Source: Myxococcota bacterium
GTDB taxonomy: Bacteria > Myxococcota_A > UBA9160 > JAFDDA01
NCBI GenBank assembly: GCA_965228475.1
Contig: OZ245817.1
Location: 1,120,001-1,184,000, forward strand
Direction: 5' to 3'
Length of the DNA stretch: 64,000 nt
This document shows, piece by piece, positions 28,311 through 38,216 of the stretch. The notes beneath the pieces were generated by a model, which had not been told where the DNA came from, made no database searches, and worked only from the letters and a program-made list of their open reading frames with translations. The number at the start of each line of letters is the position of its first letter. Positions within the stretch are counted from its first letter, which is position 1. The translations under genes were made by a program, and so were the position numbers.

Positions 28311-29255
28311 ATGAAGACTCAATCTCTCCGTTCGATGCTTCTGCTCGTCCTCGCTCTATCCCTCGGCGGTGCCTGTGTCAAAGAAGAAGCCGAGCCGACT
28401 CAGGCCCAAGAGGAGCACGACGGCGGCCATGAAGGTGAGCTCGTCCTCTCTGAGAGGGAGCTCCAGGAGTTTGGCATCGAGATCTCCGTCGCTGAGCCTG
28501 GGCGGATCGCGACTACGGTTGAACTCCCTGGTGAGATTCGGCCCAACGCGGAACGAATCGCCCACATCGCACCGCGCTTTCCAGGAATCGTGAAATCCGT
28601 CGAGAAAGCGGTGGGCGATCGCGTGAATCGCGGCGACCGCCTCGCTTCGATCGAGAGCAGTGAAAGCCTCTCGACCTACACCGTCACGTCGCTTCTCGAA
28701 GGCGTCGTGATCGGGAGGCACGTCTCAGTCGGCGAGTCCGTTGCCACGGATCAGGATCTCTTCGTCGTCGCCGATCTCTCCACCGTCTGGGTGGACTTTC
28801 AAGCGTTCCAGAAGCACCTGCCTCTCCTGAAGATTGGCCAGCAGGTGCATATCTCCGCTGGTCATGGTCTGCCGGAAACCGAGGCGCTCGTCAGCTACAT
28901 CGCGCCAGTCGTCGATGAGGCGACCCGAACGGCTGCCGTCCGGGCCATCTTGGAAAACGCAACCGGCCACTGGCGCCCCGGATTGTTCGTCACTGGCCGG
29001 GTCGAGACCGAGAGCACCGACGTCCCCGTAGCGGTTCCCAAGGAAGCGATTCAGACGATCGGAGACGTGCCCGTCGTCTTCGTGAAAGACGACGACGGTT
29101 TCGCTCCGCGGCCGGTCCACGTCGGCCGTACGGATCCCCATTTCGTCGAGATCACCCGAGGCCTCGAAGCGGGTGAGGCTTTCGTGTCCGCGGGCGGATT
29201 CACGCTGAAGGCTGAGATGCAACGCGGTGAGCTTGGGGAAGGGCACGGTCACTAA
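28311..29255 (+). CDS. czcB: Heavy-metal RND membrane fusion protein
   Basis: Lipoprotein-like signal, His-rich segments, VADLSTVW, WRPGLFV, ends GEGHGH. Confidence 0.88.
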   Translation: MKTQSLRSMLLLVLALSLGGACVKEEAEPTQAQEEHDGGHEGELVLSERELQEFGIEISVAEPGRIATTVELPGEIRPNAERIAHIAPRFPGIVKSVEKAVGDRVNRGDRLASIESSESLSTYTVTSLLEGVVIGRHVSVGESVATDQDLFVVADLSTVWVDFQAFQKHLPLLKIGQQVHISAGHGLPETEALVSYIAPVVDEATRTAAVRAILENATGHWRPGLFVTGRVETESTDVPVAVPKEAIQTIGDVPVVFVKDDDGFAPRPVHVGRTDPHFVEITRGLEAGEAFVSAGGFTLKAEMQRGELGEGHGH

Positions 29256-29257
29256 CC

Positions 29258-32200
29258 ATGCATGCCATGATTCGGTTCGCACTCGAGAATCGCCTGCTTG
29301 GTTTCGCGCTGGGGTTGCTCATCGCCGCCGCCGGCGTGCAGGGCTATCGAGCGCTGCCCGTCGATGCCTTCCCCGACGTCTCCCCGAATCTCGTGCAGGT
29401 CTTCACGACCACCGAAGGCCTGTCGCCGGAGGACGTCGAGAAGTACGTGACATACCCGGTGGAGGCCGCGATGAACGGCTTGCCTGGGCTGGAGAGGATC
29501 CGGTCGGTCTCCAACTTCGGGCTCTCCGTGGTCAATGTCTACTTCCAGGATGACGTAGACATCTATTTCGCGCGCCAGCTCGTTGGCGAACGCCTCCAGG
29601 AAGCACGAGAGCAGATTCCAGAAGGATTCGGCGAGCCCGAGATGGGGCCGATCTCGACCGGCATGGGCCTCGTCCTCTTCTACTACCTCGCCGACGAGAG
29701 CGGTCAGTACACGCTCGAACAGCTTCGAACCATTCAGGACTGGATCGTCAAGTTCCAGCTACAGACGGTTCCCGGTGTTACGGAAGTCCTCGGTATTGGC
29801 GGACACGAGAAGCAGTTTCATGTCTCTGTCCATCCGGAGAACCTTCTCCGTTACGACCTGACGATTGGCGACGTCATCGATCGGATCCGCGAGAACAACC
29901 TCAATGTCGGCGCGCAGTTCATCGAGCGGAACGCCGAGGAGTACGTCGTTCGCTCCGAAGGCCTCGCGACGAACCTCAGGGATCTCGAACACATCGTCCT
30001 GAAGTCGAAGGACGGAACGCCGGTCTTCCTCGGCCAGGTGGCAGACATCAACGTCGGAGGAGCCCTGCGGCGTGGCCTCCAGACCCGAAACGGCACCGAA
30101 GAAGTGGTGGCCGGAATGGTCATCAAACTGTTCGGTACGAACGCTTCGACTGTGATCGAGCGCGTCGAGGAGAAGATTGCCTCCATCAACGACGCACTCC
30201 CTCCGGGCGTTCGAATCGTTCCGTACTACGAACAGAAGACCCTCGTGCAGGCGTCCGTCTGGACGGTCCAGAGCGCACTCATCCAGGGCATCGTCCTCGT
30301 CTCTCTCGTAATCGTGGTCTTCCTGGGAGCCCTCCGTCCAAGCGTCGTGGTGGCACTCTCCATTCCCTTCTCCGTCCTCTTCGCGACGCTCGGCATGGGC
30401 CGGTTCGGAATCTCAGCAAATCTTATGTCCCTGGGTGGTCTAGCGATCGCGATCGGGATGATGGTTGACGGTACGATCGTTCTCGTCGAGAATGTCGATC
30501 GCCTCTTGCGCGAACGCGGCGACCAGGCGTCACGGAAGGACGTTGTGTTGCAGGCATGCGCCGAAGTGGCGCGGCCGATCGCTTTCGCAATCTCCATTAT
30601 CATCATCGTGTTCCTCCCGCTCTTCGCGCTCCAGGGCGTGGAGGGAAAGACGTTCCGGCCGCTCGCGTACACGGTCGCGCTCGCCATGGGAGGTTCCCTG
30701 GCGTTCGCCTTGACGCTCGCACCCATGCTGGCCCTGACAGTCATGCGAGCACCGAGAAGTCAGGGCAGCAGGGTCGATCGGATGCAGTTCGCGCTCCGAG
30801 TCTACCGGCCCATCGTCGCTCGCTTCGTGCGACACCGACCGTTGGCCGTCTCGGTGGCGGCTGGATTGTTGGCCGTTGGCGTCGCGGTCGTCCCGTTTCT
30901 AGGTTCGGAGTTCACGCCGCGACTCCAGGAAGGAACGCTCGTCCTGCGGCTGACGATGCCACCGTCGATTTCCCTGGCCGAGAGCAAGCGGGTCACCATG
31001 ATCGTCGAGCGCCGCCTCATGGGCGTCGAAGAGGTGACGGGCGTCGTCACTCGAATCGGACGTGGCGAGGTGGGTGCACATGCGGACCCTGTAAACAGTG
31101 CGGAGATGTACATCCTTCTTGGCCCGCGGGAGTCGTGGAGCGTCGGTTCTCAGGAAGAGCTCGAGGAAGTGATCCGCGAGGGCATTGGTCGTGTCCCGGG
31201 TGTGCTCACGAACTTCACCCAGCCGATCGCCATGACGATCGACGAACTCCTCGAAGGCGTTCGGGCGGAACTGGCGATCAAGCTCTATGGGGATGACCTC
31301 GACGCGCTAGCCGAGAAAGCCCAAGAGGTTGCTCAGGTGGTGAGCAAGGTTCGGGGTGCCGCAGACGTCCAGGTCGACCAGGTATCCGGCACGCCACAAC
31401 TCGTCCTCCGCGTCGACCGCCATGCGGTCGCTCGTTACGGCATGAACGTCGAGGACGTACAACAAACCATTCGGGCCGCCGTGGGTGGCGAGGTGGCCGG
31501 GCAGATCTTCGAGGGTGTTCGCCGCTTCGACATCTTCGTTCGCTTCGCGCCCGAGTACCGTTCGACGTCCGAGGCGATCGGAAACATCCTGGTTGCTGGC
31601 CCAGACGACATCCGAGCGCCACTGTCCGAGCTGGCAGCGATCGACGAACGCGTAGGGCCGCGGCAGATCACTCGGGAGGACAACCAGCGCTTCATCACGA
31701 TTCAATGCAACGTCTTGGATCGCGACATCGGCACGTTCGTCGAAGAGGCGCAGGCCGCAATCGATGAGAGCGTGAGACTGCCTGCGGGGTACTTCCTGAC
31801 CTGGGGAGGCCAGTTCCGCCTGCAACAGGAGGCCAACCGCAGGCTTGCCGTGGTCGTTCCGATCACGCTGATCGTCATCTTCGTTCTGCTGTTCTCGAGC
31901 TTCAACTCGCTACGGAATGCATCGCTCATCGTCCTCAACATTCCTCTCGCGTTGGTGGGCGGTGTCGTCGCGCTGTGGATCTCGGGACAGAACCTTTCAG
32001 TGCCAGCGTCGGTCGGCTTCATCGCGCTCTTCGGCATCGCCTTGGAGAACGGGATGGTGCTCGTGACGTATCTGAATCAGCTCGTCGCAGAAGGGCGACC
32101 CGTGGACGAGGCGTCAATCGAGGGCGCGTGTCTCAGGCTGCGGCCGGTCTTGATGACGGCCGCTACCACCGCCCTCGGCTTGCTCCCGCTCCTGTTCTCT

Positions 32201-32374
32201 TCGGGGACCGGCAGCGAGGTTCAGCGGCCACTCGCGACGGTGGTGGTCGGTGGATTGCTCAGTTCGACGGTTCTGACGCTGCTCGTGATTCCGGCTCTCT
32301 ATCGGTGGTTCAGCCATGGCGAGGAACACAGCGGCCTAGCCGCGCCCGAGGGCTCGCCGCAGGCGTTCGACTAA
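29258..32374 (+). CDS. czcA: CusA/CzcA heavy-metal efflux RND transporter
   Basis: LPVDAFPDV, ANLMSLGG, GMMVDG..VLVEN, RLRPVLMTA, GSEVQRPLATVV. Confidence 0.95.
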   Translation: MHAMIRFALENRLLGFALGLLIAAAGVQGYRALPVDAFPDVSPNLVQVFTTTEGLSPEDVEKYVTYPVEAAMNGLPGLERIRSVSNFGLSVVNVYFQDDVDIYFARQLVGERLQEAREQIPEGFGEPEMGPISTGMGLVLFYYLADESGQYTLEQLRTIQDWIVKFQLQTVPGVTEVLGIGGHEKQFHVSVHPENLLRYDLTIGDVIDRIRENNLNVGAQFIERNAEEYVVRSEGLATNLRDLEHIVLKSKDGTPVFLGQVADINVGGALRRGLQTRNGTEEVVAGMVIKLFGTNASTVIERVEEKIASINDALPPGVRIVPYYEQKTLVQASVWTVQSALIQGIVLVSLVIVVFLGALRPSVVVALSIPFSVLFATLGMGRFGISANLMSLGGLAIAIGMMVDGTIVLVENVDRLLRERGDQASRKDVVLQACAEVARPIAFAISIIIIVFLPLFALQGVEGKTFRPLAYTVALAMGGSLAFALTLAPMLALTVMRAPRSQGSRVDRMQFALRVYRPIVARFVRHRPLAVSVAAGLLAVGVAVVPFLGSEFTPRLQEGTLVLRLTMPPSISLAESKRVTMIVERRLMGVEEVTGVVTRIGRGEVGAHADPVNSAEMYILLGPRESWSVGSQEELEEVIREGIGRVPGVLTNFTQPIAMTIDELLEGVRAELAIKLYGDDLDALAEKAQEVAQVVSKVRGAADVQVDQVSGTPQLVLRVDRHAVARYGMNVEDVQQTIRAAVGGEVAGQIFEGVRRFDIFVRFAPEYRSTSEAIGNILVAGPDDIRAPLSELAAIDERVGPRQITREDNQRFITIQCNVLDRDIGTFVEEAQAAIDESVRLPAGYFLTWGGQFRLQQEANRRLAVVVPITLIVIFVLLFSSFNSLRNASLIVLNIPLALVGGVVALWISGQNLSVPASVGFIALFGIALENGMVLVTYLNQLVAEGRPVDEASIEGACLRLRPVLMTAATTALGLLPLLFSSGTGSEVQRPLATVVVGGLLSSTVLTLLVIPALYRWFSHGEEHSGLAAPEGSPQAFD

Positions 32375-32659
32375 GAGCTCCCTGGGCGGGACGCCACCGC
32401 CCTCGTACAATCGGCAGGCGACCGAAAAGTCCGCGCGTCCCGCTACTTGGTGCTCGATGTCCTTGCCGTTGATCCGAACGGTCGGAGAGCCCAAAAACCG
32501 CCAGCGGGTTGCATCCGCTTGGCTTTCGACCACCAGCTCGCGGACTTCCGCTTTGACATCGAGTTCGTCGAGTACCGCGCGTACGAGCCGCAGAGTCGGC
32601 TCGAAGTTCGGGCAGCCCTGAGAATGAAGTACCTCGACTACGGGCCTGGCTCGCTCCAT
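32336..32659 (-). CDS. Small thioredoxin-like protein of metal-resistance loci
   Basis: VEVLHSQGCPN...FLGSPTVRINGKD...ACRLY. Confidence 0.7.
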   Translation of the reverse strand: MERARPVVEVLHSQGCPNFEPTLRLVRAVLDELDVKAEVRELVVESQADATRWRFLGSPTVRINGKDIEHQVAGRADFSVACRLYEGGGVPPRELLVERLRRALGRG

Positions 32660-32705
32660 TTCGCGACAAGGATACAGGTTGTTCCTCGCACACGGCATCA
32701 AAGCT

Positions 32706-32793
32706 CTCGCCGGGCCTACGAGTGAGGATCGCCTTGAGGGCGCCCGATGGCAGCGCCGAGTCAAGGATGATCTCAAGTACGCCTATCGGCGCC
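32706..32793. repeat. ~88-bp imperfect direct repeat, right copy
   Basis: Matches 23677-23763; internal dyad CCTTGA-GGGCGC...GCGCC-GAG-TCAAGG. Confidence 0.85.
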
Positions 32794-32981
32794 GGTTGCC
32801 GCAGTCGACCCCTGCTGATCCGGCACGAGAGAGGACTCGAGTTCGCTCGGCCTGACTCGAGGCTATGGGTCTCTCGGCTTCCCTTGCTCGTCGCCGCCTG
32901 GCGCTTCTATCGGCGGACCGCTGAGGGCAGAGCTGAGGTGATGCCTGTCGAGCGGAGACCGCCCAAGAAGAGACGGTCTGC

Positions 32982-33000
32982 GCTTGCCATGTGCTTGCCA
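32982..33000. repeat. Tandem GCTTGCCA x2, possible integrase arm-type sites
   Basis: GCTTGCCA-TGT-GCTTGCCA (11-bp period), 45 bp from the tRNA 3' end. Confidence 0.45.
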
Positions 33001-33045
33001 GGCCGGCGAGCGCTCCGGGGCACCATTGGTAACCCCGCGAAAGGA

Positions 33046-33121
33046 TGGAGCCGACGAGCGGATTTGAACCGCTGACCTGCTGATTACGAATCAGCTGCTC
33101 TACCAACTGAGCTACGTCGGC
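33046..33121 (-). tRNA. tRNA-Thr(CGT)
   Basis: GCCGACGTAGCTCAGTTGGTAGAGCAGCTGATTCGTAATCAGCAGGTCAGCGGTTCAAATCCGCTCGTCGGCTCCA; cloverleaf, CGT anticodon, encoded CCA. Confidence 0.97.
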
Positions 33122-33329
33122 TCGGCCGGCGGGCTTCGGGCGAAGCCTTTGGGTGCCGGGCGCCGGATTCTAGCGGGTCCGGGCGGGCGGCGCTGGGGGG
33201 CAAGCCTGCGGTTTCGTTGCCGGTTTTGGAAGGGTGGGGCGCCCGGGAGGGGGCGGCCGCGCGCTGGGCGCGGATTGACCCCGGCTGCGCCCGCACCTTA
33301 AGATGGGACTCCCCCCGGGAGGACCCGAC

Positions 33330-33653
33330 ATGCCGATGTTGCCCCTGATCGATCTGTTGATCCTGCTCGGCTGGACGTGCCTGATGGTCGGCGCGGTCCA
33401 GAAGGCCCTCTGGGTGGCCACGACGTATTCCTGGAAGTTCTTCGGCCTGGTGCCCTCTGATTTCCTCGGCCTCGCCGGGGTCTGCCTGCTCTTCGCGCTC
33501 ACGCTGGCCGCGCGCGCCTGGGTGAAGGTGAACGAGCCGCGTATGCTGACCCACGGCCGCCGCGCGGATGCGGAAGATCCGGCCGGGCTCGACCGCAGCG
33601 AGTGGACGGGCGGCAAGCCGATCGAGCGGCCCGAAACGGTCGCCAGCCGCTAG
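33330..33653 (+). CDS. Small membrane protein
   Basis: RBS GGAGG, two hydrophobic segments, host-like codon use. Confidence 0.65.
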   Translation: MPMLPLIDLLILLGWTCLMVGAVQKALWVATTYSWKFFGLVPSDFLGLAGVCLLFALTLAARAWVKVNEPRMLTHGRRADAEDPAGLDRSEWTGGKPIERPETVASR

Positions 33654-33688
33654 GCCGCGCGAGCCGGCGGCGCGCCCGCACTCACGCC

Positions 33689-35332
33689 ATGACCGCCGCC
33701 ACCGCACCGGCCCGCTCCGCCGCCTGGCTGCACGGCCCCACGACGGATCTCGTCTTCGGCTGCGGCCTCTGGTACTTCGCGGCGTTCGCGCTTCTCGCCG
33801 TGGGCGGCGAATCGATCCGCCAGGCGGGCGGCGCCACCTGGATCCCGCTCGCGGTGCTCGTCTTCTCGACGCCGCACTACGGCGCGACGCTCCTGCGTGT
33901 CTACGAGCAGCGCGAAGACCGCCGCGCCTACCGCCTCTTCGCCGTGCACACGACCCTGCTCCTTCTGCTCGCCTTCGCGGCCGGCGTCCACATCCCGATC
34001 GTCGGCTCGGCCCTCCTCACGCTCTACATGACCTGGAGCCCCTGGCACTACGCCGGCCAGAACTACGGCCTCGCGGTGATGTTCCTGCGCCGCCGCGGCA
34101 TCGCCTTCGACGCGCGCACCAAACGCGCCCTCTACCTCACCTTCTTCCTCTCCTTCCTCCTCACCTTCCTGATGTCCCACGGCCGCGGAAGCTTCGTGAA
34201 TTACACGCCGCTGGCCTACGCGGAGGGCGGCTACCACTTCCTCCCCCTCGGCCTCCCGCAGCCCTACACGGGCTGGCTGCTCTCGGCGGTGTTCGTGGCC
34301 TACGCGGGCGCGGTGCTCTACGCGGTGGCGGGGCTCTGGCGGAGCGCCGCTTCGCTCCGCGCCATCGTGCCCTCGCTGCTCCTCATGGCGAGCCAATCGC
34401 TCTGGTTCGCGGTGCCGACGCTCGCGCGCCACTTCGGCTTCGCGCAGAACGTCGGGCCGCTCGGCCTCCAGGCCGAGAGCTGGTACTTCCTGTGGATCGC
34501 GATCGCGCACTCGCTCCAGTATTTGTGGGTGACGTCGGCCTTCGCCGAGGGCCGCGGCAACTGGGGTGGGCTGCGCCCCTACCTCGGCAAGACGATGCTC
34601 GCGGGCGCCTGCGTCTGGGTGCTGCCGGTGCTCGCCTTCTCGCCCGACGCCCTCGGCCGGCTCTCCTTCGACGCCGGCCTCGGCCTGCTCGTGGCCTCGA
34701 TCGTGAACCTCCACCACTTCATCCTCGACGGCGCGATCTGGAAGCTCCGCGATGGCCGCGTGGCGAAGCTCCTGATGCGCGACCCGGGCGACTCACGGGA
34801 AGGGGAGGGCGCCGGCCGAAGCTGGCTCCGCCCGGCGGTCTGGGCGACGGGCGCGGCCTGCACGGCAATCCTCTTCTACGGCCACTGGGCGAGCGAGATC
34901 CGGCTCCCACGCCTGATCGCCCTCGAAGAGCGCGAGGCGAGCGGTGCGCTCCTCGAGCAGCTCCGCTTCCTCGGCCGCGACTCCGCCGCCGGGCGCGACG
35001 GCTTCGCCCAGGTCTCCCTGCGCGGCGGCCGCCCGGACGAGGCGATTGCCGCCTACGCCCGCTCCGCCGAGCTCCATCCGAAGGCCGAGACCTACTTCAA
35101 GATCGGAAAGCTCCAGTTCGAGCGCCGCCGCTTCCCGGAATCGATCGCGGCGCTCGAGGCCTGCCTTGCACTCCGCCCGAACGCCCACGACGCCCACTTC
35201 CTCCTCGGCCGCGTCCACATGACCGCCGGCGACACGGAGAGCGCCCGCCGCGCCTTCGAACGCGCCGCCGAGCTCGCCCCCGAGCGGAAGATCTACCAGC
35301 GCATGATCGAGCAGGTTGGGGCGTCGGGCTGA
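33689..35332 (+). CDS. Polytopic membrane protein with His motifs and C-terminal TPR
   Basis: TPHYGAT, PWHYAGQ, AHSLQY, LHHFILD in the TM region; TPR-like repeats at the C-terminus. Confidence 0.75.
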   Translation: MTAATAPARSAAWLHGPTTDLVFGCGLWYFAAFALLAVGGESIRQAGGATWIPLAVLVFSTPHYGATLLRVYEQREDRRAYRLFAVHTTLLLLLAFAAGVHIPIVGSALLTLYMTWSPWHYAGQNYGLAVMFLRRRGIAFDARTKRALYLTFFLSFLLTFLMSHGRGSFVNYTPLAYAEGGYHFLPLGLPQPYTGWLLSAVFVAYAGAVLYAVAGLWRSAASLRAIVPSLLLMASQSLWFAVPTLARHFGFAQNVGPLGLQAESWYFLWIAIAHSLQYLWVTSAFAEGRGNWGGLRPYLGKTMLAGACVWVLPVLAFSPDALGRLSFDAGLGLLVASIVNLHHFILDGAIWKLRDGRVAKLLMRDPGDSREGEGAGRSWLRPAVWATGAACTAILFYGHWASEIRLPRLIALEEREASGALLEQLRFLGRDSAAGRDGFAQVSLRGGRPDEAIAAYARSAELHPKAETYFKIGKLQFERRRFPESIAALEACLALRPNAHDAHFLLGRVHMTAGDTESARRAFERAAELAPERKIYQRMIEQVGASG

Positions 35333-35500
35333 GCTAGGCCGCTGGTCCGAGGACGAGACCGAACCCCAGCCCCAGACGCAAATCGACCCACGCTGCGGTG
35401 CCGTGCAGCGTGGGTCGAGTGCTGAGGAGTGAAAAGGCTCTCGCTCCGCGAAAAGCTTTGGAGGCTCGAGCCAGGCTCCCTCTCGAAAGGCGGTGCCTGC

Positions 35501-35599
35501 CTAACGAACGACGAGCCGACTCGCCGAAATCGCGAGCTCCTTGTAGAGCCCGGCAATGTCGGAAACGAACCGGTACGCGCGTCGGGTGGCCTGCTTCAT
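35501..35599 (-). CDS. Candidate 32-aa small protein
   Basis: GGAGGA RBS then MKQATRRAYRFVSDIAGLYKELAISASRLVVR* in an otherwise empty gap. Confidence 0.4.
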   Translation of the reverse strand: MKQATRRAYRFVSDIAGLYKELAISASRLVVR

Positions 35600-35756
35600 C
35601 TCGATTCCTCCTGTCCCTCTCACAGGGGAAGTGGGCGCGAGGGCCGGGCGCGTGGCGCGGAATCTGAGTCCCAGGGGCCGCCGAGGGGCCTCCCGGGGTG
35701 GATTTTCCGAGCTTCCCCGCGGGGATGCGGCTCCCAGTTGCGATACATTCCCCACC

Positions 35757-36713
35757 GTGAGCACCCCGAGCCAAAGCGCGCCGGACCGCCGGATCTGGGT
35801 CGACGGGGCCCTCCGCCCCTGGGCCGAGGCGACGGTCCACGTGATGTCCCACTCGATGCAGCGGGGCTCGCTGGTCTTTGACTTCCTCTCGGTCCACGAG
35901 ACGCCGCGCGGCGCCGCCGTCTTCCGGCTCGACGAGCACCTCGAGCGCTTTGCCGCCTCGAACGAGCTGGTCGGCCTGCCCCAGGAGCGCGGCACGGCGG
36001 AGCTGCGCGCCGCGGTGCTCGAGACCGTGCGCGCGAACCCGGGCGCGAAGTGCGTGAAGATCTGCGCGTACCTGCCCTCGATCGAGATCGAGGTCGTGCC
36101 GATGGACGCGCGCGTTTCCGTTTCGATCGCCGCCTACGATCCGGTGGCCGACATCATCGCCCACAACGCCGGCACGCCCCACGCGGGCGCGGCCTCGAAG
36201 CTCTGGATCGAGAAGGAACGCCGCAACCGCCGCGCGGACATCCTGCCGCCCCAGGCCAAGGTCGCCGCGAACTACACCTCGCCCATGGTCGCGAAGTGGC
36301 GCGCGCGCAAGAACGGCTACGACGACATCCTGCTCGTCGACGAAGACGGCTTCCTCGCCGAAGCGCCCACGTGCAACGTCTTCCTCGTCGACGCGGAGGG
36401 CACGCTCCGCACGCCGCCCGAGGGCCGCGTGCTGCTCGGCGTGACGCGCCGGACGATCCTCGACGTCGCCCGCCACGACGGCCGAACCGTCCGCGAGGAG
36501 CCGATCCGGCCGGACGAACTCTTCGAGGTGGAGGAGGCCTTCCTCACCGCGACCACGGCGGGCGTGCTGCCGGTGGCCTCCGTCGACGGGAAGAGCATCG
36601 GGACGACCTGCCCCGGCCCCGTCACGAAGGCGCTCGGCCAGCGCCTCCACGAAGTGACGAGCGGCGCGGACCCGGCCTTCCACCACTGGCTCGCCTTCGC
36701 GGAGGAGTCCTAG
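35757..36713 (+). CDS. ilvE: Class IV (branched-chain amino acid) aminotransferase
   Basis: IWVDG, FRLDEHLERF, AKVAANY, EAPTCNVF, LLGVTR. Confidence 0.85.
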   Translation: MSTPSQSAPDRRIWVDGALRPWAEATVHVMSHSMQRGSLVFDFLSVHETPRGAAVFRLDEHLERFAASNELVGLPQERGTAELRAAVLETVRANPGAKCVKICAYLPSIEIEVVPMDARVSVSIAAYDPVADIIAHNAGTPHAGAASKLWIEKERRNRRADILPPQAKVAANYTSPMVAKWRARKNGYDDILLVDEDGFLAEAPTCNVFLVDAEGTLRTPPEGRVLLGVTRRTILDVARHDGRTVREEPIRPDELFEVEEAFLTATTAGVLPVASVDGKSIGTTCPGPVTKALGQRLHEVTSGADPAFHHWLAFAEES

Positions 36714-36715
36714 CC

Positions 36716-37681
36716 ATGCGCGTGCTTTCGGGCGTGCAGCCCTCGGGCGAGCTCCACATCGGCAACTACTTCGGGGCGCTCGCGCCGCAGCTCGAGCTGC
36801 AGGCGGCCCACGAGGTCTTCTACTTCATCGCGGACTACCACTCGATGAACTCGGTGCGCGACGCCGCCGAGCGCCGCGCGCTGACCCGCGGCGTCGCCCT
36901 CGACTACCTGGCCTGCGGCCTCGACCCGGCCCGCGCCGCGCTCTACCGCCAGTCGGACTTCCCGGAAGTGACCGAGCTGACCTGGCTGCTTTCGACGCTC
37001 ACGCCCATGGGGCTCCTCGAGCGCGCCGTTTCCTACAAGGACAAGATCGCCCAGGGGCAATCGGCCGATCACGGGCTCTTCGCCTACCCGGTGCTCCAGG
37101 CCGCGGACATTCTGATCGTGAACCCGGACGTCGTGCCCGTCGGCCAGGACCAGAAGCAGCACATCGAGATGACGCGCGACATCGCCGCGCGCTTCAACAA
37201 TACGTATGGCGAGCTCTTCCAGCTCCCCGAGCCGATGATCCGCGAAGAGGTCGCCGTCGTCCCCGGCACCGACGGCCGCAAGATGAGCAAGAGCTACGGC
37301 AACGTGATCCCGATGTTCGCTTCGAAGGGCAAGATGAAGAAGGCCGTGATGGGGATCGTCACGGACTCCGTGCCCGTCGAGGAACCGAAGAAGTGGGACA
37401 CGCCGCTCTTCCAGCTCTGGTCGCTCTTCGCGACGAAGGCCGAGCGCGAAGAGATGCGCACGCGCGCCGAGGCCGGCGGGCTCGGCTACGGCGACGCGAA
37501 GAAGGATCTCCTCGAGCGCGTGCTCGCGCACTTCGGGCCCCTGCGCGAGGCGCGCGAGGACTGGGAGAAGCGGCCGGACGACGTCGAGGACGTGCTCGCC
37601 GAGGGCGTGCGGCGGGCCCGGGAGATCGGCGGCCCGGTGCTCGAAGAGGCCCGGCGGCTCGCGGGGCTCGGCCGGGGCTAG
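36716..37681 (+). CDS. trpS: Tryptophan--tRNA ligase
   Basis: HIGN, YPVLQAADIL, VPVGQDQ, KMSKS. Confidence 0.97.
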   Translation: MRVLSGVQPSGELHIGNYFGALAPQLELQAAHEVFYFIADYHSMNSVRDAAERRALTRGVALDYLACGLDPARAALYRQSDFPEVTELTWLLSTLTPMGLLERAVSYKDKIAQGQSADHGLFAYPVLQAADILIVNPDVVPVGQDQKQHIEMTRDIAARFNNTYGELFQLPEPMIREEVAVVPGTDGRKMSKSYGNVIPMFASKGKMKKAVMGIVTDSVPVEEPKKWDTPLFQLWSLFATKAEREEMRTRAEAGGLGYGDAKKDLLERVLAHFGPLREAREDWEKRPDDVEDVLAEGVRRAREIGGPVLEEARRLAGLGRG

Positions 37682-37781
37682 CCCCAGGCACCCCTTTTCG
37701 GGGCCCGTGGCCCGTGTTCGAGCTCATTTCAGCGCATGCACCGCCGCAAGTCCCCGACATCAAATCGTTTTCAGCTTTTTC

Positions 37782-37806
37782 GAAATTGACATTGATTTTC
37801 AATTTC
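37782..37806. promoter_or_regulatory. Fur-box-like iron-regulatory palindrome
   Basis: GAAATTGA-CATTGATTT-TCAATTTC, an AT-rich inverted repeat upstream of bfd-bfr. Confidence 0.7.
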
Positions 37807-37877
37807 AGGCTCGTATGCTGTGCTCCGATCCGGTGGAGAGGGGGCTCCTCTCGCCGGGCGCCGCTGGAGAACGCACG

Positions 37878-38090
37878 TTGATCGTCTGCCATTGCCGCCG
37901 CATCACCGACCGTCAGATCCGCAAAGTCGTCCGCGAGGGCGCGAGTTCCGTGGGCGAGGTCGCACGCGCGTGCGGCGCCGTCACCGGCTGTGGAGGCTGC
38001 GCGACGGTCGTCCACGAGATCGTGAACGAAGAGCTCGACGGCGCGAAGATGGAGACCATCACGAGCCCGCTCCTCGCCGAAGCCGGCTGA
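37878..38090 (+). CDS. bfd: Bacterioferritin-associated ferredoxin
   Basis: TTG start, IVCHC...TGCGGC. Confidence 0.9.
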   Translation: MIVCHCRRITDRQIRKVVREGASSVGEVARACGAVTGCGGCATVVHEIVNEELDGAKMETITSPLLAEAG

Positions 38091-38216
38091 TCGCCGCTTC
38101 CGCCCGCCGGCCCGGGCCGGCCCCCCGCTCCTGAAATCGAATTCCGCTTTCGTTTGGTTGGCGAGCCGCGCCCGACCGACTAGTTTCGCCTCTTCCCCAA
38201 CGAGGAGAGGCGAGAC

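Larger units (their letters stand above)
5666..33045. mobile_element. tRNA-Thr-anchored integrative mobilisable element / genomic island (left boundary not determined)
   Basis: Relaxase, T4CP, TraF, excisionase-like HTH, ardC, radC and lower-GC cargo, ending at a tRNA 3' end. Confidence 0.8.

Noticed and set aside
35340..35750. RNase P RNA or other known ncRNA
   Set aside because: Diagnostic motifs such as GAGGAAAGTCC were not found.
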